Positions 1 to 15,029 of a stretch of DNA of 64,000 nucleotides are shown one piece after another. Under the pieces are notes generated by a model. It saw nothing but the letters and a program-made list of their open reading frames with translations, had not been told where the DNA came from and made no database searches. A program made the position numbers and the translations under genes. This stretch comes from Raillietiella orientalis (Eukaryota). How positions within the stretch are numbered: position 1 is the first letter of the stretch; the number at the start of each line of letters is the position of its first letter. The stretch lies in NCBI GenBank assembly GCA_036172245.1, contig JAYWIR010000005.1, positions 1,054,001-1,118,000 on the forward strand. Reading direction: 5' to 3'.

Positions 1-3000
1 GAACCAGCAGCAGCACCGTAGCCGCTGAGTCTCATCGAAGTGCGACCTGCTTAGTCGAAAACTCCGCCCAACGCCCCACCCAAGAGGCTGCTGCTCCGAG
101 AACGTCTTCCTCCGATGGTACCTCTACAGAGTAAGAACCAGCCGGAGTATATCTCTTGGTCTTTTCGATGGAACGGAGAGATCCGATGTCGTCTCCGCGA
201 GGCCTCGAGGCAAATCGGGGGTCACCTGCACCCTGCTACCAAGTGACCGTGACTCTTCACGTTGTTTCGCCTCGCCGTATTCCGGCGCCTTCTGAATCTA
301 CACTCGTGCTGCTCTCCAGGATCCCGTCGGACTCTCTTCCACGCGTCTTGGATTGGAAAGCCTCCGTCTCTGGACAGTCCCCGGGATCAACTGGGGACCT
401 GAGGAGTTTGCATCCCGTCTTACCGGTACCCGAAGCAGGGAACGGGCTGAAGCTCCGCCCACCGGATGCCCTCTTCCTTTCCCTCCTCCTGGTTCCCCGC
501 GATGGTAGGCACCCGTTCGGGGTTGGGAATCTGCTGCAGGCCTTGCCAAACGAGTTGTTAGGAGCTACATCCACAGTAAATGCTGATCGGATTGACGTCC
601 ACTGCATAGGAGAGCAGCTATGCTGCTCTCGTCCTCCGCTGGGAGCAGTCCTCCAGCGTGACGAAATCCAACCCTGAAGCCTCCTCGCTTTTGGGCTAGC
701 AGGAAGCAAATCAGACGCGCTTGCAGGGAGTTCAGGGAGGAAGGAAGGAGGATGGGGCGAACGAGCCACGACCGGTGACATGGCACGTCCCCCCCCCTCC
801 TTCCCCTATCTCTGAATCCAGACTTGCCATGTGTTGATTCCCCTGGGCACCTGGGCGTGTGAGAGACAGAGCACGGGAAATAGGAGAGCTTGCACCACAG
901 TTTCCAGAACAGGAGCAGACACGCATGCGCTCCGTACAACGGCTCGGGCGCTACCCGCGCGCGGTGTGCAGAGGCCTCCTGGCGGAGGATGGGGGAAAGA
1001 GAAAAGCTTTCGTACGCTGCTCCCAGATGGCATAGCATTCACTACTGAGTTCAGAGCCCTTGATAGACGCTCTTTCTTTTCGGAGACTTTCGCAAGCGTA
1101 GGAACATGTGCTCCATACCCAGAGTTGGGTTGATGGTAGCGCGGGTCACTCGCGTCCAGAGGTGAATTTTGTGTGTGTTGTTTTTCCTCCAGCCAATGGA
1201 TACCTTAGCAGGTTCGGGCAGCTGTCTCCGGAAGGAGTCCCTTCGAGTCTTTCGTGGCTCCCTCGCCGGGGTGGGACAGCACTCGAGCGACGATGGGGGC
1301 GGACAGAGATTGGAAATGAAGGGATGGAGTGTCCAGCCTCCCGGGAATACCCAAAGAGGGGCACGCGTTGCCAGCCGGTGCGCCCACATGTGCATGCGTG
1401 CGTGTTTTTCGAGGCGTCGCCGCCGGGCGGCAGCTCTGGCTCCGGGTTCAGGCCTCGGCGCCTTCGGCCCTTCTCCGGAGGGTGTGCGTCACCTCGCCGC
1501 AGAGGGAGGGCCCAGTCGTCGCGTTAGCCGTCCTGGTGAGCGACATGGTGCTCCTGCTGGCACACTCCGCATCTGTCCGCACGCTGCCCTGGCCGCCTGG
1601 ATCTCTTCGATGGAACCTCCGCGAGGCCATCTCCAGCCTCTACCTCCCGGAGGAGGGAAGGGAAATCCCGACCGCCGCGATGGAGGCCACCGAGGCCGCT
1701 CGAAATCAGTAAGCAGGAGTGCCAGAATCAGCAGGGTTTTCGCCGTGCGACTGGCAGACATTCCTGGCGCCCAAACCACGGGTGGCGATCCTGGGTCGGG
1801 GAGCAGCAGGGGGCACTTGCGCTGCCCGGACAGCAGGCATCCCTCATGTGCTGGCGAGACGAAAGGCCGGGTCGGACCGGTGCTGTTCCGGGTCGCGGTG
1901 TGGACGACAACGAGACCCACGGTAGTTCCTGGGTCGTGTGGAGCCCTCGGAGGGATCTCTGAAGCCAGCGGGGAGCCCCGGAAGGCGCTCGGCTACTTCG
2001 ATCCGGGGACCCTTTCCAGGTCATTGGGCAGGAACGGACTGCTTCTTGGCACTTGTGACCCGCTTTTGCTTCTGTGGAGGATCTCCTTACTGGAGGCAGC
2101 CCTCTCAGACGCGTCTTCCCTACAAGGGGGGTAGCAAGCAACTCTCTCCCGCACTCGAAAGGTTCTCGCGCTCCTCCTCAGATGGCAGCACGCACTCCCT
2201 TCATGTCAGGCTTTCGCGCCGGTAACGGACGGACAAGGGCGCGGGACGCCACGGCTTCCCGCGGGAGCCAATGAACGTCACGCGACAGCCCGGGAGGGCA
2301 ACCCTGCGGGGAGTTCCCGTGGCGCCGCCCTCGCCCTGGACTCCGGAACTGACCTGTTCCGGAGGCGCCTCGGCGTGACCAGGAGCGAACGCTAGGTCGA
2401 GGAGGCAGCCAGGGTCCTGCTTTGCCCGATCCTGCGTCCCGCGCTGGTAGTCACTTTCCCATCCGTGCAAGGAATTCCGGAGCGCCTGAGGCAACCGAGG
2501 GCAAGAGGTCCTCTTGGAGGAGTCCCTGGGAACGAGCTGCCCCTCGCCATCTTTACCGTCGGCGGGGCTGGCCCCTAACCCGGAGCTCCCTCAAGAGCGT
2601 TCCTTCCCTTCGGGGGAGGAAAGTCAGGTTCCCGAGCTGAGGGAAAAGGCCTGCTGTTCCGGAACCTTTCCGAGCACGCTGCCCAGAAGGACTACCTCAC
2701 GCGGCGACCAACGCGGCCCCGGAAGGTTTCCTTTCGGGGCGATTCCTTCCTCCTTCGGTTCGCAACCACGAGGCCCCTGCGCAGCAGACCCCGTGGGGAC
2801 CCGTGCCACCCGAGGCGCAGATGGTCTTCCTGACCACCACCGCAGGGAAGGGGGCAAAGGATTGACCCAGACGACGACCCCCGCAACCCCCGCGATCCGG
2901 CGAAGAGTGAGCTGCACTGCGAGGGCCCGAACTCGCCCCTTTCACGACACAGTGGGGCACGGTGCCACGGGAGAGGACCTATGGAGAGCACGCGCCCGAG

Positions 3001-6000
3001 AGGAACGCACGGTCGTCGTAGGGAGGAGAGGGACACCCGGGGTCAAACCCCTTGCAAGCGATGCGGGCCCCCAAGACGACCCCACACAACACACTGCAGG
3101 TTCCGTCCCGCCAGGGAGCGCGCCAGCTCTGGTGTCTTCGACGGCGCCCCGCGTCCGCCGAGTCTTCAGGAGACGCGGACTCAGCCACAGGCGGAGAGCG
3201 GGATGACCTGCCGAGCTGACTGGAAGAAGCCAGTCTACTCGACAACAATGGGGAGGGGACGGGGGGAGGGTGCGAGGAGTCCCTCTCAAGGGCACCGCCC
3301 AGCATCGTCGGAGTCTTCCTGGAATCCCCAAAGGACCCTTCGGGATGCAAGGCCCCTGCCGCCGCCCTATGCCCTCCCTCCGGCCTGTCGGTGAACGCCG
3401 CCATGTTGATGGCACCCTGGGGATCGCAGGAGGACTCCCACGGGGCGGCGTTGACGATCCTGCCCGCCAGCCCTCACGGCGAGAAGGCAGAGGACCGCAG
3501 CACGGACGCCGCCGCCCCGAGGCTCTTCCTGACCTTTGGCCCGAGGTGCTCTGTGGGGTGGTTCCCGAATGCTGCGCGGCTGCTGCCCCATCGGGCAGCG
3601 CTCAGGCAGCGGCAGAAGGGCGGGGGAGACGCGCCGAGCTCCCTTCCTCCGCCCTGAAGAGCCGCTGACGCCTGTGGCAACGACGGATATCCTCCTGGTG
3701 GCGACGACCGCTCCTGGACTTCCGGAAGATCAGCATCCGCGCTCTGTTGCCAGGGAGACGCCGTGGAGGCGGACCCTCTCATCAGGCCCGGCGACGGCGG
3801 CGGCGGGGTGTCCCGCCACGTCTCGGAAAGGCAGCAAAGGGAGGCCACGCGCATGGCAGCCGCCCATGTGAGGGCGGTTGCTACGCGACCTCGCCTCGAA
3901 GAGGAAACCGAGTCGGAGACGCGCGACGGATCCAGGTGGAAGAAGCAACCGAAACCGGAGACTCTCGTCCCCACCCTCTTATTTATTGATTGCCTTTTCC
4001 CTCCCTCCCCTCCCTCCATGCAGACTTTTCCCGGTTTGCGCATGGACTCTATCGCGCCCCGGTTGCTATACAAACGGAGAGACATCCTGCTGCATCGGGA
4101 ATTGCGGGGCAGACACCGCTGGTGCCTCGCCTCGTAGGCAGTCGCGTCCCCATGCGGCGTGCGCTCGCGTGGCCGAGGTCCGGTGCAGAGGCAAAATGGA
4201 GAACCTCGGGGCGGTCGTGGGCGCAGCCGGGAGGGGCTCCACCCCTCTCCCTCCAGCCGGTATGCGATGAACGTCGTTTTCGGGACACTGATCTCCCGGG
4301 AATACCGAATTTAGGGATCGCGGGAGTTCGGGGACGAAATCCCCTGGGGAACCCTTCCGGGGTCACTTCGGCGAGCGCAGTCAGTCAGCGGAAGAGACCC
4401 CTCGACCGACACCGCAGGCGCCACCGTAGGGTTGCGCCGGTCCGGGCGTCGGAAGCCTGGAGCCGTGGTGACTCCTGAGCGCGAAGGAAGGTCCATCGAC
4501 TCGACCCTTGACCCCGCGGATGACCATCCACCCGCTTTCACTCGTCCATTGACCCCGAAGGGTCCGAAATGAGGGAGTGGATGCGGGGCGCTCCCGATGC
4601 TCTCTGCCCCGTGGCGCCGTTCCGTCCAGAAGAGGTTGCCATTCGGTAACGAGGTCACTCGGGCTTTGCGGGATGCAGAGGTTCGTGGGCGGCCGGGAAC
4701 GGAGGAGTGCCGGGCCCACTCGCGCTTCCCACATAGGGATGACCATGAACTCCCGCCTGCGGTCGCCGGCGCCACCGTCGCAACGGGCCTGGCATCGCCT
4801 CTTGAGACGGCACGAGTCCTCCTTGACTCCAGCGGAGCGTGGTCTCGGACCGCAGCGACGACCCCAGCGCAGAAAGCGGGGCCGCGTCCCGCAATCCCAC
4901 AAGGTGGCCGCTCTTCCCGAGTAGAGCGGTCCGGCGCCCGTCCTATGCGGTCGCCACTGCAACAGGCAGACCCGGATGCCTCCCGTTCTTCCCTCGAGTC
5001 AACCGCTCCGGCTTCCCGCTGGTTCCCATGGTAGCCAGTATCCCGTGATCCTAGGCAAGCGGACTGCTTCAGCCTAAGGAAGACTCGCCTCTCGCGTGTC
5101 AGGAGGTCAGTCCTGGAGGTCGGGTGCCCCTTGGCGAGGAGGAGGCAGTCCCGCAGGCTGCTGCGGGTGACCCTCGCCCAGAGACGCATGCAACGGCGCT
5201 CTCACCTCCGGCAGCGACCTCGCTGACCTCGTCTCTTCCAGAAGTTCAACGTCGCAGGCGCCGAAGGTGCGCCATGCGTCCGGCCCGCGGCTTCCCTGTC
5301 AGCGGAGGGGCTCGTAGCGAGGGCGGAGGCGTGCCCCGCGGGAGGCAGCAAGGGGGTTGCCGTGGCCGCCGTGCCCTCCGGTCCCGCGCCGACCCCCACG
5401 CCCGTGATTCTCCGGCGGCTGCCGATTCCGCAGCCTCCCCTGCCTTCCCCGATCCGCGGTACGGCGGGCGTCCGCGAGGAGGCCATTCCGCAGGAGAGGA
5501 GTCACGTCCTCGCTCCCACTCGGCGATCACAGGAGCGGAGGATTTTGCCACAGGTGCTTTTTCTTTGTTTCGGTTCTTTTTTCTGTTGTTGTTATCCTTC
5601 TCATTGTTCTTGTCCCTGTTTCATTCTTCTTCTTGTCCTCCTTCTCGTTGTGCTTGTCCTTGTCTTTTTTGTTGCAGTTCTCGGTGCACCTCTGCCGCGG
5701 CGCCTGCAGGTTGGCGCTGCCTTTTTCTCTCGAGGAATCGCGTGCGGAGCGACCACCACTGCCGATCACGTTTTGTCGTTCCCCTTTCGGCCACTGCGGC
5801 GCTGCTTCCGCGAATCCTTTCCTTCGACGCCCGCTTGCGCGCCACTCCAGGTGGTTACAGCGCGTGCGCTCGCCGAAGACTCGCAGAAGCCCTGGAGCGC
5901 GGACGTTCCTGGACGCTCCCCAAACGCCACGGATGTCGTCGCCGGGTTCCGGGACGTGCAGTTGGCCGGGGTAGGGGGAATGGAGGAGCAAGAGAGGTGT

Positions 6001-9000
6001 CAGGTGCTCTCCGGCTGATGCGCTCAACACAGGGACAGTGGGGGGCTCTTTTCCTTTGGAGGGAAGGGCGGTTGGCTCAGGTCTTGCAGCTGGCGCACCA
6101 CCGCGTCTCCCAGCACGTCGGCAGTGGTCCAGCATTGAGAGATCTTCTCTCCCACTGGCTCCTTCCGAGGATCGCGCCAGGTGCGAGGGACCGGCGCTGC
6201 GCCGCCCAGCTTCCCGGTCTGGGCAACGCCCAATCTCCGTGACCATCCGCGCGCACCCTCTCGGGCGAAGCAGACCCACGTTTCTGGGCTCGGAGAAGTT
6301 AAGTGGCCGCCGAAGACGAGTCTCCTGCCCGGAGTCGGTAATGGGAGTTTTTTGCGGTGGACGAGGATACCCTGCCCCTCTCCCCTTCGTCACACCACAG
6401 CAGCAGCAGCAGCAGGAGGAAAGGTAGGAAAGTCGACACCGATCTCAAAGGTCACCGAGTGACTCGACACCACCAAGTGCTGGGGCGTGCACGAGCGACA
6501 TGACCGAGAGCGGAGCCGCTCCGGTACGGGTCGAGGAAGGAGCATTGCCCAGACCGCCAAGCGGGAGGCTACCTTCCAGGAATACTCTCTATATCCAGAA
6601 GACCGATCTCTGGCTCGCTAAGTACTCAGCAACCGTTGTGCTCCACCTCGTAAGGCAGGGGAGGCGTCGAGCCGCCACACGTGGAAGCCCGCAAGGCTCT
6701 TTCGCTGCCAAGCATCCGAGGTGCACCTGAAGAGGACCCCGAAGCGTCTCCCCTCTCGATCCCAGACCGCCTAGTCAGCTGGCCATATCACCGCGGGCGC
6801 GAGCGCTCCCAGCCGGCCGCGATGCGCACCCGAAGTCCGAACCATTCCAGAGGCATCTTGCGGAGAGAATCGAAAGCTCTCCCGACTCGGCGTCGATCCT
6901 TCACGGGGGTATCCGAAACGGAGACGCTCGGTGCCGCCGTGGCCACCAGCGAAGGCGAGGCATTACCAAGTGGCCGGGTTCTGGGGACGGAACCGCACGC
7001 CCGCAGCCCGTCCTGTCCCTCCGAGTCACCGACATCGTTTCCCCGTCGACAACGAGCCGACCTTTCTCAGTCTCGGGCCGGAAACGGAGCGAGGTCTCCT
7101 GGGAGGATGCCTGAGTCGCTGAACCGGCAGCCCTGAAGCCGCGACAGCAGCAGCAGCGAGGAGGCCACTTCTTTCAGGAAGCCAGGAAGAGGAGCAGACG
7201 CATAGGACTCACCTGTCAGGAGCAATTCGAGGTGCGCCAGTCGCGCGGACCGTTCCCTCCAACCCCTTCGAAACACCGGCCCTTGCTGGATGGCGTGTGA
7301 TTCCCGGCGGCGCCACGTCTAGAAGGCCTGCGGGAGTCGACAGACCCCCTGGAAGCGGCGACTAAAACATCGAGGACGCGGTGACGGAAAAAGTCACATG
7401 ACTCTGCACACGTCGGAGGAGAGTCAGAGAACGCCGCATGGATCCCAAGAAGAGACCTGCCGTTAGCACGGCGCTCGCGTGCAGCACCCCGAGGAACCCT
7501 GGGGCGCGGTCGTCGGCAAGCAGCACCAGCCAAGAGGGCTCGCGAAGCAGCAAAACACCTCGTGGCGGTCCGCCCGTCCGCGAAGTGGCGTTCCAAAACA
7601 CCCGTGCGGTAGAGACATGGTCGGAAGATGCCGCGGGCAGCCGCGAGGCGGTGACCCATCGGAGGCGCTCGCGAGCGGCCCATTCCAGAGCCTCTCTTGG
7701 ACTCAGAAAACGCCCGACTCGTGACCTTCCCCTCCTCCGCGCAGATACTTCGAAGCAGCGAAGGGTGTGGCGTCTTCTAGTAGGCGGGGACTCTGCGGCT
7801 CCGAGTCCCTACGCGCAGAAAGCTCCGAGAAGGTCGGCGCTCTTCCTGACACGGAAGAGCTCGAAGACGGATTCATGGCGCAACGGAAAGACGGCTTACA
7901 GGGCAAGACATCGTAAGGGCGCGGCGGGAAGCGCTTTCCCACACCCTACTACCCCGGGAAAGGGCCTCGGGGCATTGCAGTTCTATGGATCAGCGACTGC
8001 ACCTGCGCACAGACACTTCGCTCTTGGTGGTCGATCCTTCGACACCGCATCCTCGGCGGGTTCAGGGACCTTTCGACGTTACGTTTGGTTTCGCCTCGTT
8101 CGTCATGTCGGTCTCTCTTTCTCGATTGGTCATTCCCGAGCCCTCAGGCGCGTTCTCATTTCTCACATCGTCAGGCGCCATCTTCCGGCTAGCGTTCCAA
8201 CGATTTAGATGGGGTCCCGGCAACCTGCAAAAGAGAGACGGACAGTCGCTTGTCTGAAACGCTTTTCTTCTTCTTCCTTTCTTTCTTTTTTGCTGTTTCC
8301 CTCTCCAGCTGGCGTCTTTCAGATGAACTCGGCTCGTGGAGCAAAGCAAAAACCGCCTCGTGAAGACGTGAAGGAGGGGAGGGGACTATAAAAAATAATG
8401 AAAATGTTTCGAGCGAGATGGCGGTGGCGACTCGGTGCGCTCCGCCTGGCGGAGACGTTCGTTCCTGGTCGGTTTCTCGGCAGCCATCCGTTGCCTCGCA
8501 GATGGCGCGGGCCGGGCCGGCGGCGAATCCTGCCGGCCTCTCTCATGCCGAGTTCCCTTCCCTGTGCGCCTCGGGATCGTCATCGGCCACCTGCTCCCCT
8601 CTGTGATTCGGGAAAGCGAAAGGGTCCTCACGAAGGATCACCAGGACGAGCACCCGCCCACCTGCGCTCCGCGCCTCCCTCCAGGGGCTTCACAGATTCA
8701 ACTCCACGGTTTCGGGATATCGAGCAGGCTTCCGACCCGCTCGCCTGATCCCTTCCGGGATGCGCGGGGATGAAGCGTCTATCCTCGCTGCCGGGGGTCT
8801 TGCAGGGCTGCGCGCCGACGCTGAGGAACACCTGAGTCTCCGATTGGCACGCGGACGCACGCGTTCCTTGGAGGACTTTGACTCGGGGAACATCCAGCAC
8901 GGAGAGGTGTGACCCGATTTTCAAGCATCTCGAGGAGCGCCTTCCGCGCGAACGGGAAGACGAGCTGCATCCAAAGCACTTTCCGCGAAGGAAGAACTGA

Positions 9001-9294
9001 CCCGCACTGACCAGAGTCAGGAGTGACGTCGGAGCTCCCCCCGGGTGGATGAGGAGGTGCGCTTCGGAGGCTGGAAACTGCGTGCATCGGAAGAGACCTT
9101 ATTCCTCCGGGTGGTCCAGGAGCTCCAGAGGGAAAACACCCGCCGAATGAGCGGGTGCAAACAACCGGCCGTGGGTCTCTACGTGGCTGTGCCCCTGCGA
9201 GCCCCATCCTCGTCCAAAGCACACCGGGCCCTTCCGTTCCCCTCCATCGGCCCCTCGATGGCACACTACGTTGCCAGCGTACACTCACGTGTTT

Positions 9295-10085
9295 ACATCC
9301 TATTATACCCTATATTTTGTGTGTATGTATGTGTGTGTTATGATTTATCTCTCTCTCTATGTATGTATGTATAAATATATCTATTTGAAGGGACTCTGTA
9401 TATCAAGGGAGACAGACACACACACATAAATATTTATATCGATGAAAAGATAGATATAGATATAGATAGATAGGTGTAAGTATGTATATATGTGTAGATA
9501 TAGATAGGTAGATATATACAGATATAGATGTAGATATAGGTATATAAAGATGGATATATGCTGATATATATGTAGATATACATACATACACATATATATA
9601 TAGATATATACATATATAGATATGTACATGTATATTTGTGCTTATATGTATATTTATACACATATTTATTTACATACATTTGTTCAATCTATACATTAAT
9701 TTTTATTTACATGTATTCCTATTAATTTATTTGTATTTATTTACTTATTTGTATTTGTTTATATTTATACATTTATTTATTCATCCATGTTTACATATAC
9801 CTATTTACTTATGCACTCATGTTTATATTTATCCATTTATATTTATTTATATTCAGTTATCGATATTGATTTGTTTAAATTTATATTGATATATTTACTT
9901 ATACATATACATATATGTGTTCATACACTTATGTATATACTTAATGATATATTTACTTATATATACACACACACACATATTTATTACATATATGTATAGA
10001 TATATGTTTACATAAACATCTCTATACATGTGCGTATTGATACAGATTTCCTTCAAATGCATACATATTTATATTGCACGGTTAT
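9295..10085. repeat. AT-rich low-complexity/cryptic (TA)n-derived satellite tract
   Basis: About 790 nt of degenerate TATA/TAGA/TACA/TTTA units, sharply bounded by GC-rich DNA. Confidence 0.9.
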
Positions 10086-13000
10086 TTCATTAGCTGCTTG
10101 TGATGGAAGCTGCGTGGATCTCGCGCGACGATCGAGCGATGAACCGGCGGAGTCGCTGCAGCATCCCGGACTTCGATCCGTGGAACACGGGAATGCGATT
10201 TCGCATCTCCACTTTACGTTTTCCCAGACTCCCCCTCCAACTCGGATGCTCCTGTTCTCCCCGTTTTCATCCGTCATTCGAAAGCCATTCACCTTTCAGG
10301 ATTGCCACAACAAGCAGGCGAGCTGTGGCAACCCTGAAAGTGCGCTTCGAAATGCACGCCTCCAGCGGAGCCTCCTGAGAGCGTTCCCCTCTGCGGAGCT
10401 GCGCGAGCGGCTCTCTCCCTCCCGGTCGGCCCCCTTGCTGGACGGGCGACAAAGGAAGACGCAGGAAGGCGTGGCACACGTGGCCACCACGTTCCTCCTC
10501 CAGCCAGCTGCCTCGCTTCGGGAACTTTGGCCCATCCAGACTTTTGCCCTTTGTGAGACGCACTGCCGTCCATGCTCAGCCCTCACGCCGGTGGGTGTGA
10601 CACGCAGCTTCTCCCGCAGGGAAGGGAAAGAAGAAAAAGGGAAGAGGCCACATCCAGCGCCTACGGACTCTCGGGGGGTGGGACTGTATTTCGAGCGGGC
10701 TTCCCTCCGCAGCCCAAAGGGTGGGAGGATTTTCGATCCGCGCCGGTCGTGTGGGAGGCGCCCGGATCCCTGCGACCCCGCGATGGACCCGGTCCCGACC
10801 GACATTCGGCCAACGCCCTCTAGTATCGTGAACAATCGCTCCGCGGCTTCCTGACTCTTCTCCCGGGTCACTCGGGAGCCGGAGGAACCCCTAGGCGGCT
10901 CCCGCCCGGAGTCCCGGTTTCCTCAAAGCGTCGCGGTGCCCCTCCCCCACCCACACGCGAAGAGCCTCGGGGAGGAGGAGATGGCGCGTGGGATGCTGCC
11001 GGCTTCGTCCGCGCAGCCCACTCGCAGCGGACCCGCGCGGAGTTGCGGTCGTCAAGGGCAACGAGGATCTGAGGAGAGGAGAGCCGAAAACTCTCGTGCG
11101 TGAAACCCAGCCGTCCAGTCCTCTCGTGCCGGGAAATGCAAGGAGCCGGACTCTCAGTCCTCGGGGAAATTCGCATCCAGAGCGATCGACTTTTCCTCCT
11201 CGAGAGGGACGCGCACGGAAGGAACCCCCCCCCCCCTCTCCCCCACGCTCCCATCTTCGAAGCCGTAAATGTTCTTTCACGCTGTCTGGGCGCGACTGCC
11301 CCGGCCGAGCGCGTGCGCCCCCTCTGCCGAAAATCCAGCACTGACCGACAAGCACACGGAGGACCTCTGCGGTGATGCTTCTATTCTTTCCTTTTTTCCA
11401 CCCCATGGAAAGCAGCAGAAGAGCCGTCGCTAGCGGGCGGACGCAGAAATGGCCAGAAGCAAGCACTTTGGGAGCTCCCGAGTTCGGACAAGAGCGCATG
11501 CGCGAGACAGGCACCGCGTGCTCGCACGTACCTGAGTGTGTTTATCCGATGGAAGGGAGGGCACCCCCCCCCTTCCTCCGCCTCTGGCCAAACATCCTCG
11601 CTCGGAGATCACGACCCACATATCGATGTGCGTGGATGTTGTCGATCTCGACATGTTTGCTTTCTCGGCTCAAAATTCCCCGAAGAGAGGAGGAATCTCC
11701 ACGTGGTTTTGCCGCGTGTGTGTGTGTGTTCCCTTTCAGCCGCTATTTCAAGGATGCTCCCCCCCCTCCTCGTCGAGGAGGAGGAGGGGGCGAGGAATTG
11801 CTGCTCTAGGAACAGAACTTTCGCTTTCGAACAGCGGCGCAGACGGGAAAAGGCAAATCCTCGGACGAAAGACGGTTCCGTCTTCAGCAGCATTAGGCCG
11901 CAGGTGCGTCCTCCCACGCTCCGGTAACAGCACGGAGGATACGAGACCGGAACAGCAGCTTCAAAGAAGCCCCCACCCCCATCCCTTCTCCACCTGCCGT
12001 CCTAAGGCGCTGCTCTTCCGGTCCATTCTCCGAGATCGGGTCGCTCTCCACGTGGTGGCAGCGCGCAGACCCTCAATGCGGCCTCCCGGAGCGACGGAAG
12101 CCCCACTTCGGAAGCCGCCGCCCTCGCACGCACGGGGAAGAAGAAAAGGAGGGGGCACCTGGAGAGCACCCCCTCCCCCCCCTCGGAGATAGTTTCGCGA
12201 ATTCGTCTGAGCAGACCCTGAGGGACGGCATCATCATCATCATCATCGTAAAATGAAGGCGTTCCCGGACCGACCAGTCATCTTGAGTTCCTTCTGCACT
12301 GTTCTGTGGTGCATTCGGGCAAACACTTGAGGGAAATCCGACAAAGAATACCTTCATATGTGGGGCTTCTGGGGGGAGGGATCAAATCGAAGTCCCCCTG
12401 GAAGTCTCATCGATCCCCTCCCCCTCCCCGGAGCATTCCAGTCGTACGTGCGCGCGGCAGGGTTCCCGCTATCGCGCAGCGGGTGGCGCACTGCTTTGGC
12501 ACTCCCGCCTCCGGGGCCGGTTTTCGGAGTTCCCCGACCCCCGACCGCGTGAAGGGAGAGGCGTCCTCAGATGTGACTGGACCGCGCACTCAGCTCCTCG
12601 CAACCGAAACGCGGGAAGACGGAGGAGGGAGGGGGGCACTTCTCCAGCGCGTTACATTGTAACACTTTGTAACCCCCGCTTTCGTCTCTCGACGGTCTCT
12701 GCTTTCCCAGTTGGCGGCGAGCGAGCGAAGCAGGGGGCTCCACCCTGTCCATGGGGCGTGGATAAAGGCGTGGGCGAGGAACTACTTCAGAGAGCTCTCG
12801 CCACTCACCCACCTCCCTAGGTCGTGTCAAACATCGATTTTTTTCTTTCTCCCCCGAGAGGTCGGCAGCCCTGAGCGCCCGCGGCGAACTCGCGCGCCGA
12901 TCCGGCCTACCTGTCAACGAGCAGTGGAGCTGACACGCAGGAGAATGGTCCTCCGGCGATGTAGCAGGTCGGCGCTTCAATGCCCGGCGCGCCTCAGCGC

Positions 13001-15029
13001 CATGCAGGTGGGGAAGAGCTACATACGCAGCGCCAGGGCTCTCCGTCGGCTCCTCGACTCGCGATCGGTCCACGCTTGCCTCTCTCCGGCGCCACAGCTG
13101 CCCTGGCGGAGCGATTTCTGCCGCGCTCGGAGCCTGGCAGAGGTGGCGACCCCATGAGCCGAGAAGCGGAAGGGGGAAGGAGGAGGAGGTAGAAAGGAGG
13201 AAGAGGAGAAGGCAATGGATGAAGAAGAGGTGGCAGAGAAAGGGACGCAGGGAATGGACAGCGGCGGCACCCTCGAGTGAAAGGGAGGCGGCTCTCGGAA
13301 GAGCATCGCCCGGCACGCGGGCGGACGCGATGGTCCGAGTCGCCCAGGAAACGAGAACGGATGACTGAAGATGGGGAAGATTGAGGGGGCCCTGGACGCT
13401 GAGGCGCGGGTTGCTGACGGCGCACCTGCGAGGAAGACGCCTCCGTTTCGGCGCCCTCAGGGGGTGGCGGAAGAAAGCGGCAAGAGTGCCCATGTTGCTC
13501 TCGAGAGTGGATCGCCAGGAGGTGGGCAGATTGTCCGCCCACCCCTGCCCCTTCCTAGCCAGGAAGATCCTCCTCTACGAGTTGGCGCAGCTCGGCAAGC
13601 GTGGTGGCAGTGGCGCCGGCAGGATGACTGGCCAGGGAGCATCCAGGGACTTTGGCCCCAGACGGCTAGGGGCGCGGGGACGGTTCAATCCATTCCTCTG
13701 CTCCCTTGTGGTCCATCAGAGGCAGGAAGCTCGGGCGGAGCGACCGACCTTTGCCTCAGCGACGAGGTGCAGCAGAGCCGGTTGGCCCGTTCGTTCTTCT
13801 TCGCGAAGGCACCGTCCCCCCAGGAAGAGTCTGAGCTTCCACGCCAACTCGAACTCTCCGGAGGCGCCAGGGCTGCCCCGCTCGCCTTTCGAGGCCTGCG
13901 GGAAGCGGGAGAGAAGGATGGGGTCTGCGCTCCTTTTCCTCCCTCTTTCATCGCCTCCGGGGACGCGAAGCCGACCCACACGTGGGTCTTCCCGGTACGC
14001 GCAAAGGTTGGTGTAGCCGGGAGGAGGCAGGGATGCTAACCAACGATGGGCACCATCGTCTCCGCGACAACAGCCGATCTATCCAGCCGCTCTTCCCGCC
14101 TCCGACGGTCGACGAAAGGGTGTTAAAGGGGGAGAAGGAGGAGGGGTCGACCTTCCTAGTCGGCGTCTCGTTCACGAGGAGGTATCCATGAACCGCTGAG
14201 AGGCGCGGGAGCAGCGACCCTTGGAGGCTGGTCTAGGGAAGGGGTCCTGTCATCTCATCCTCCCCCAACCGGGCGCTGACGACGACCCGTTGGCACCGGC
14301 GGAACAGGAAAAGGAAAGAAAAATGGCGGTCTCGGAGGAGAGCGATGGCCGAGTGGAGGGGGCACTTGGCCACTCTCCTCTCTTGCCCCTCCCGAGATGG
14401 CCTCAGCCACTGCCGTAATGGCAGGAGCATCAGCAGGAAAGGGAACGGAATCAACCCGAGGCGGTTTCCGCCTTGCGGGAAGGCGCGCGAGGTCGCGGGG
14501 AGCTGCCATTCCCGAATTTTGACCGCCGATCTCGACCAGGAATCGCTGCTTCGTTCTCGAGGTCCGGTGTGGGACCCTCGGAATACCCGTGGCAAAGGTC
14601 GGCTCCGTGAGTCTGTCGAGGGGGCCCTCCCTCGGCAAGCCTGCGTGGTCTCGCAGGCGGCCCCTCCCCTTCGTTTCCACACCGAGCTCCGGAGCCAACC
14701 CGCACACGCCCACCGTCGTGGCGGGCCTGCTGCCCGTGGGCGACCACGGGGTACACGGACTTCTCGGCTCGGTGGTCGTTGCGCAGGGGCACGCTCTCCG
14801 GAGCCTGGAGTTAGGCATGCCGGACCCGCCTCGGCTGCGGAGACTCACGCAAGGCGCAACCTTGTTGAGTGGACGGGCGCACAGGCGTCTCCTGGTTCAG
14901 TGCCTCAGACTCGTCTTCGGCCGCGAGAGGGGAGCTTCCGACGAGAAGGTGCGGCGGAAGGGAGAGGAAGAGGTGGGTGATTGCGCTTCAGCGCCAACGT
15001 CATCCTGGCGTGCGGAGCAGCCGGAAGAG

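Noticed and set aside
1..700. Possible gag/ORF1-like relic on the minus strand (GKTGCKLLRSPVDPGDCPET...RLRCCCW)
   Set aside because: Only a vague resemblance; no intact CCHC knuckle and multiple stops.
9381..9999. Tyr/Ile-rich ORFs
   Set aside because: Translations of the TA-rich low-complexity tract.
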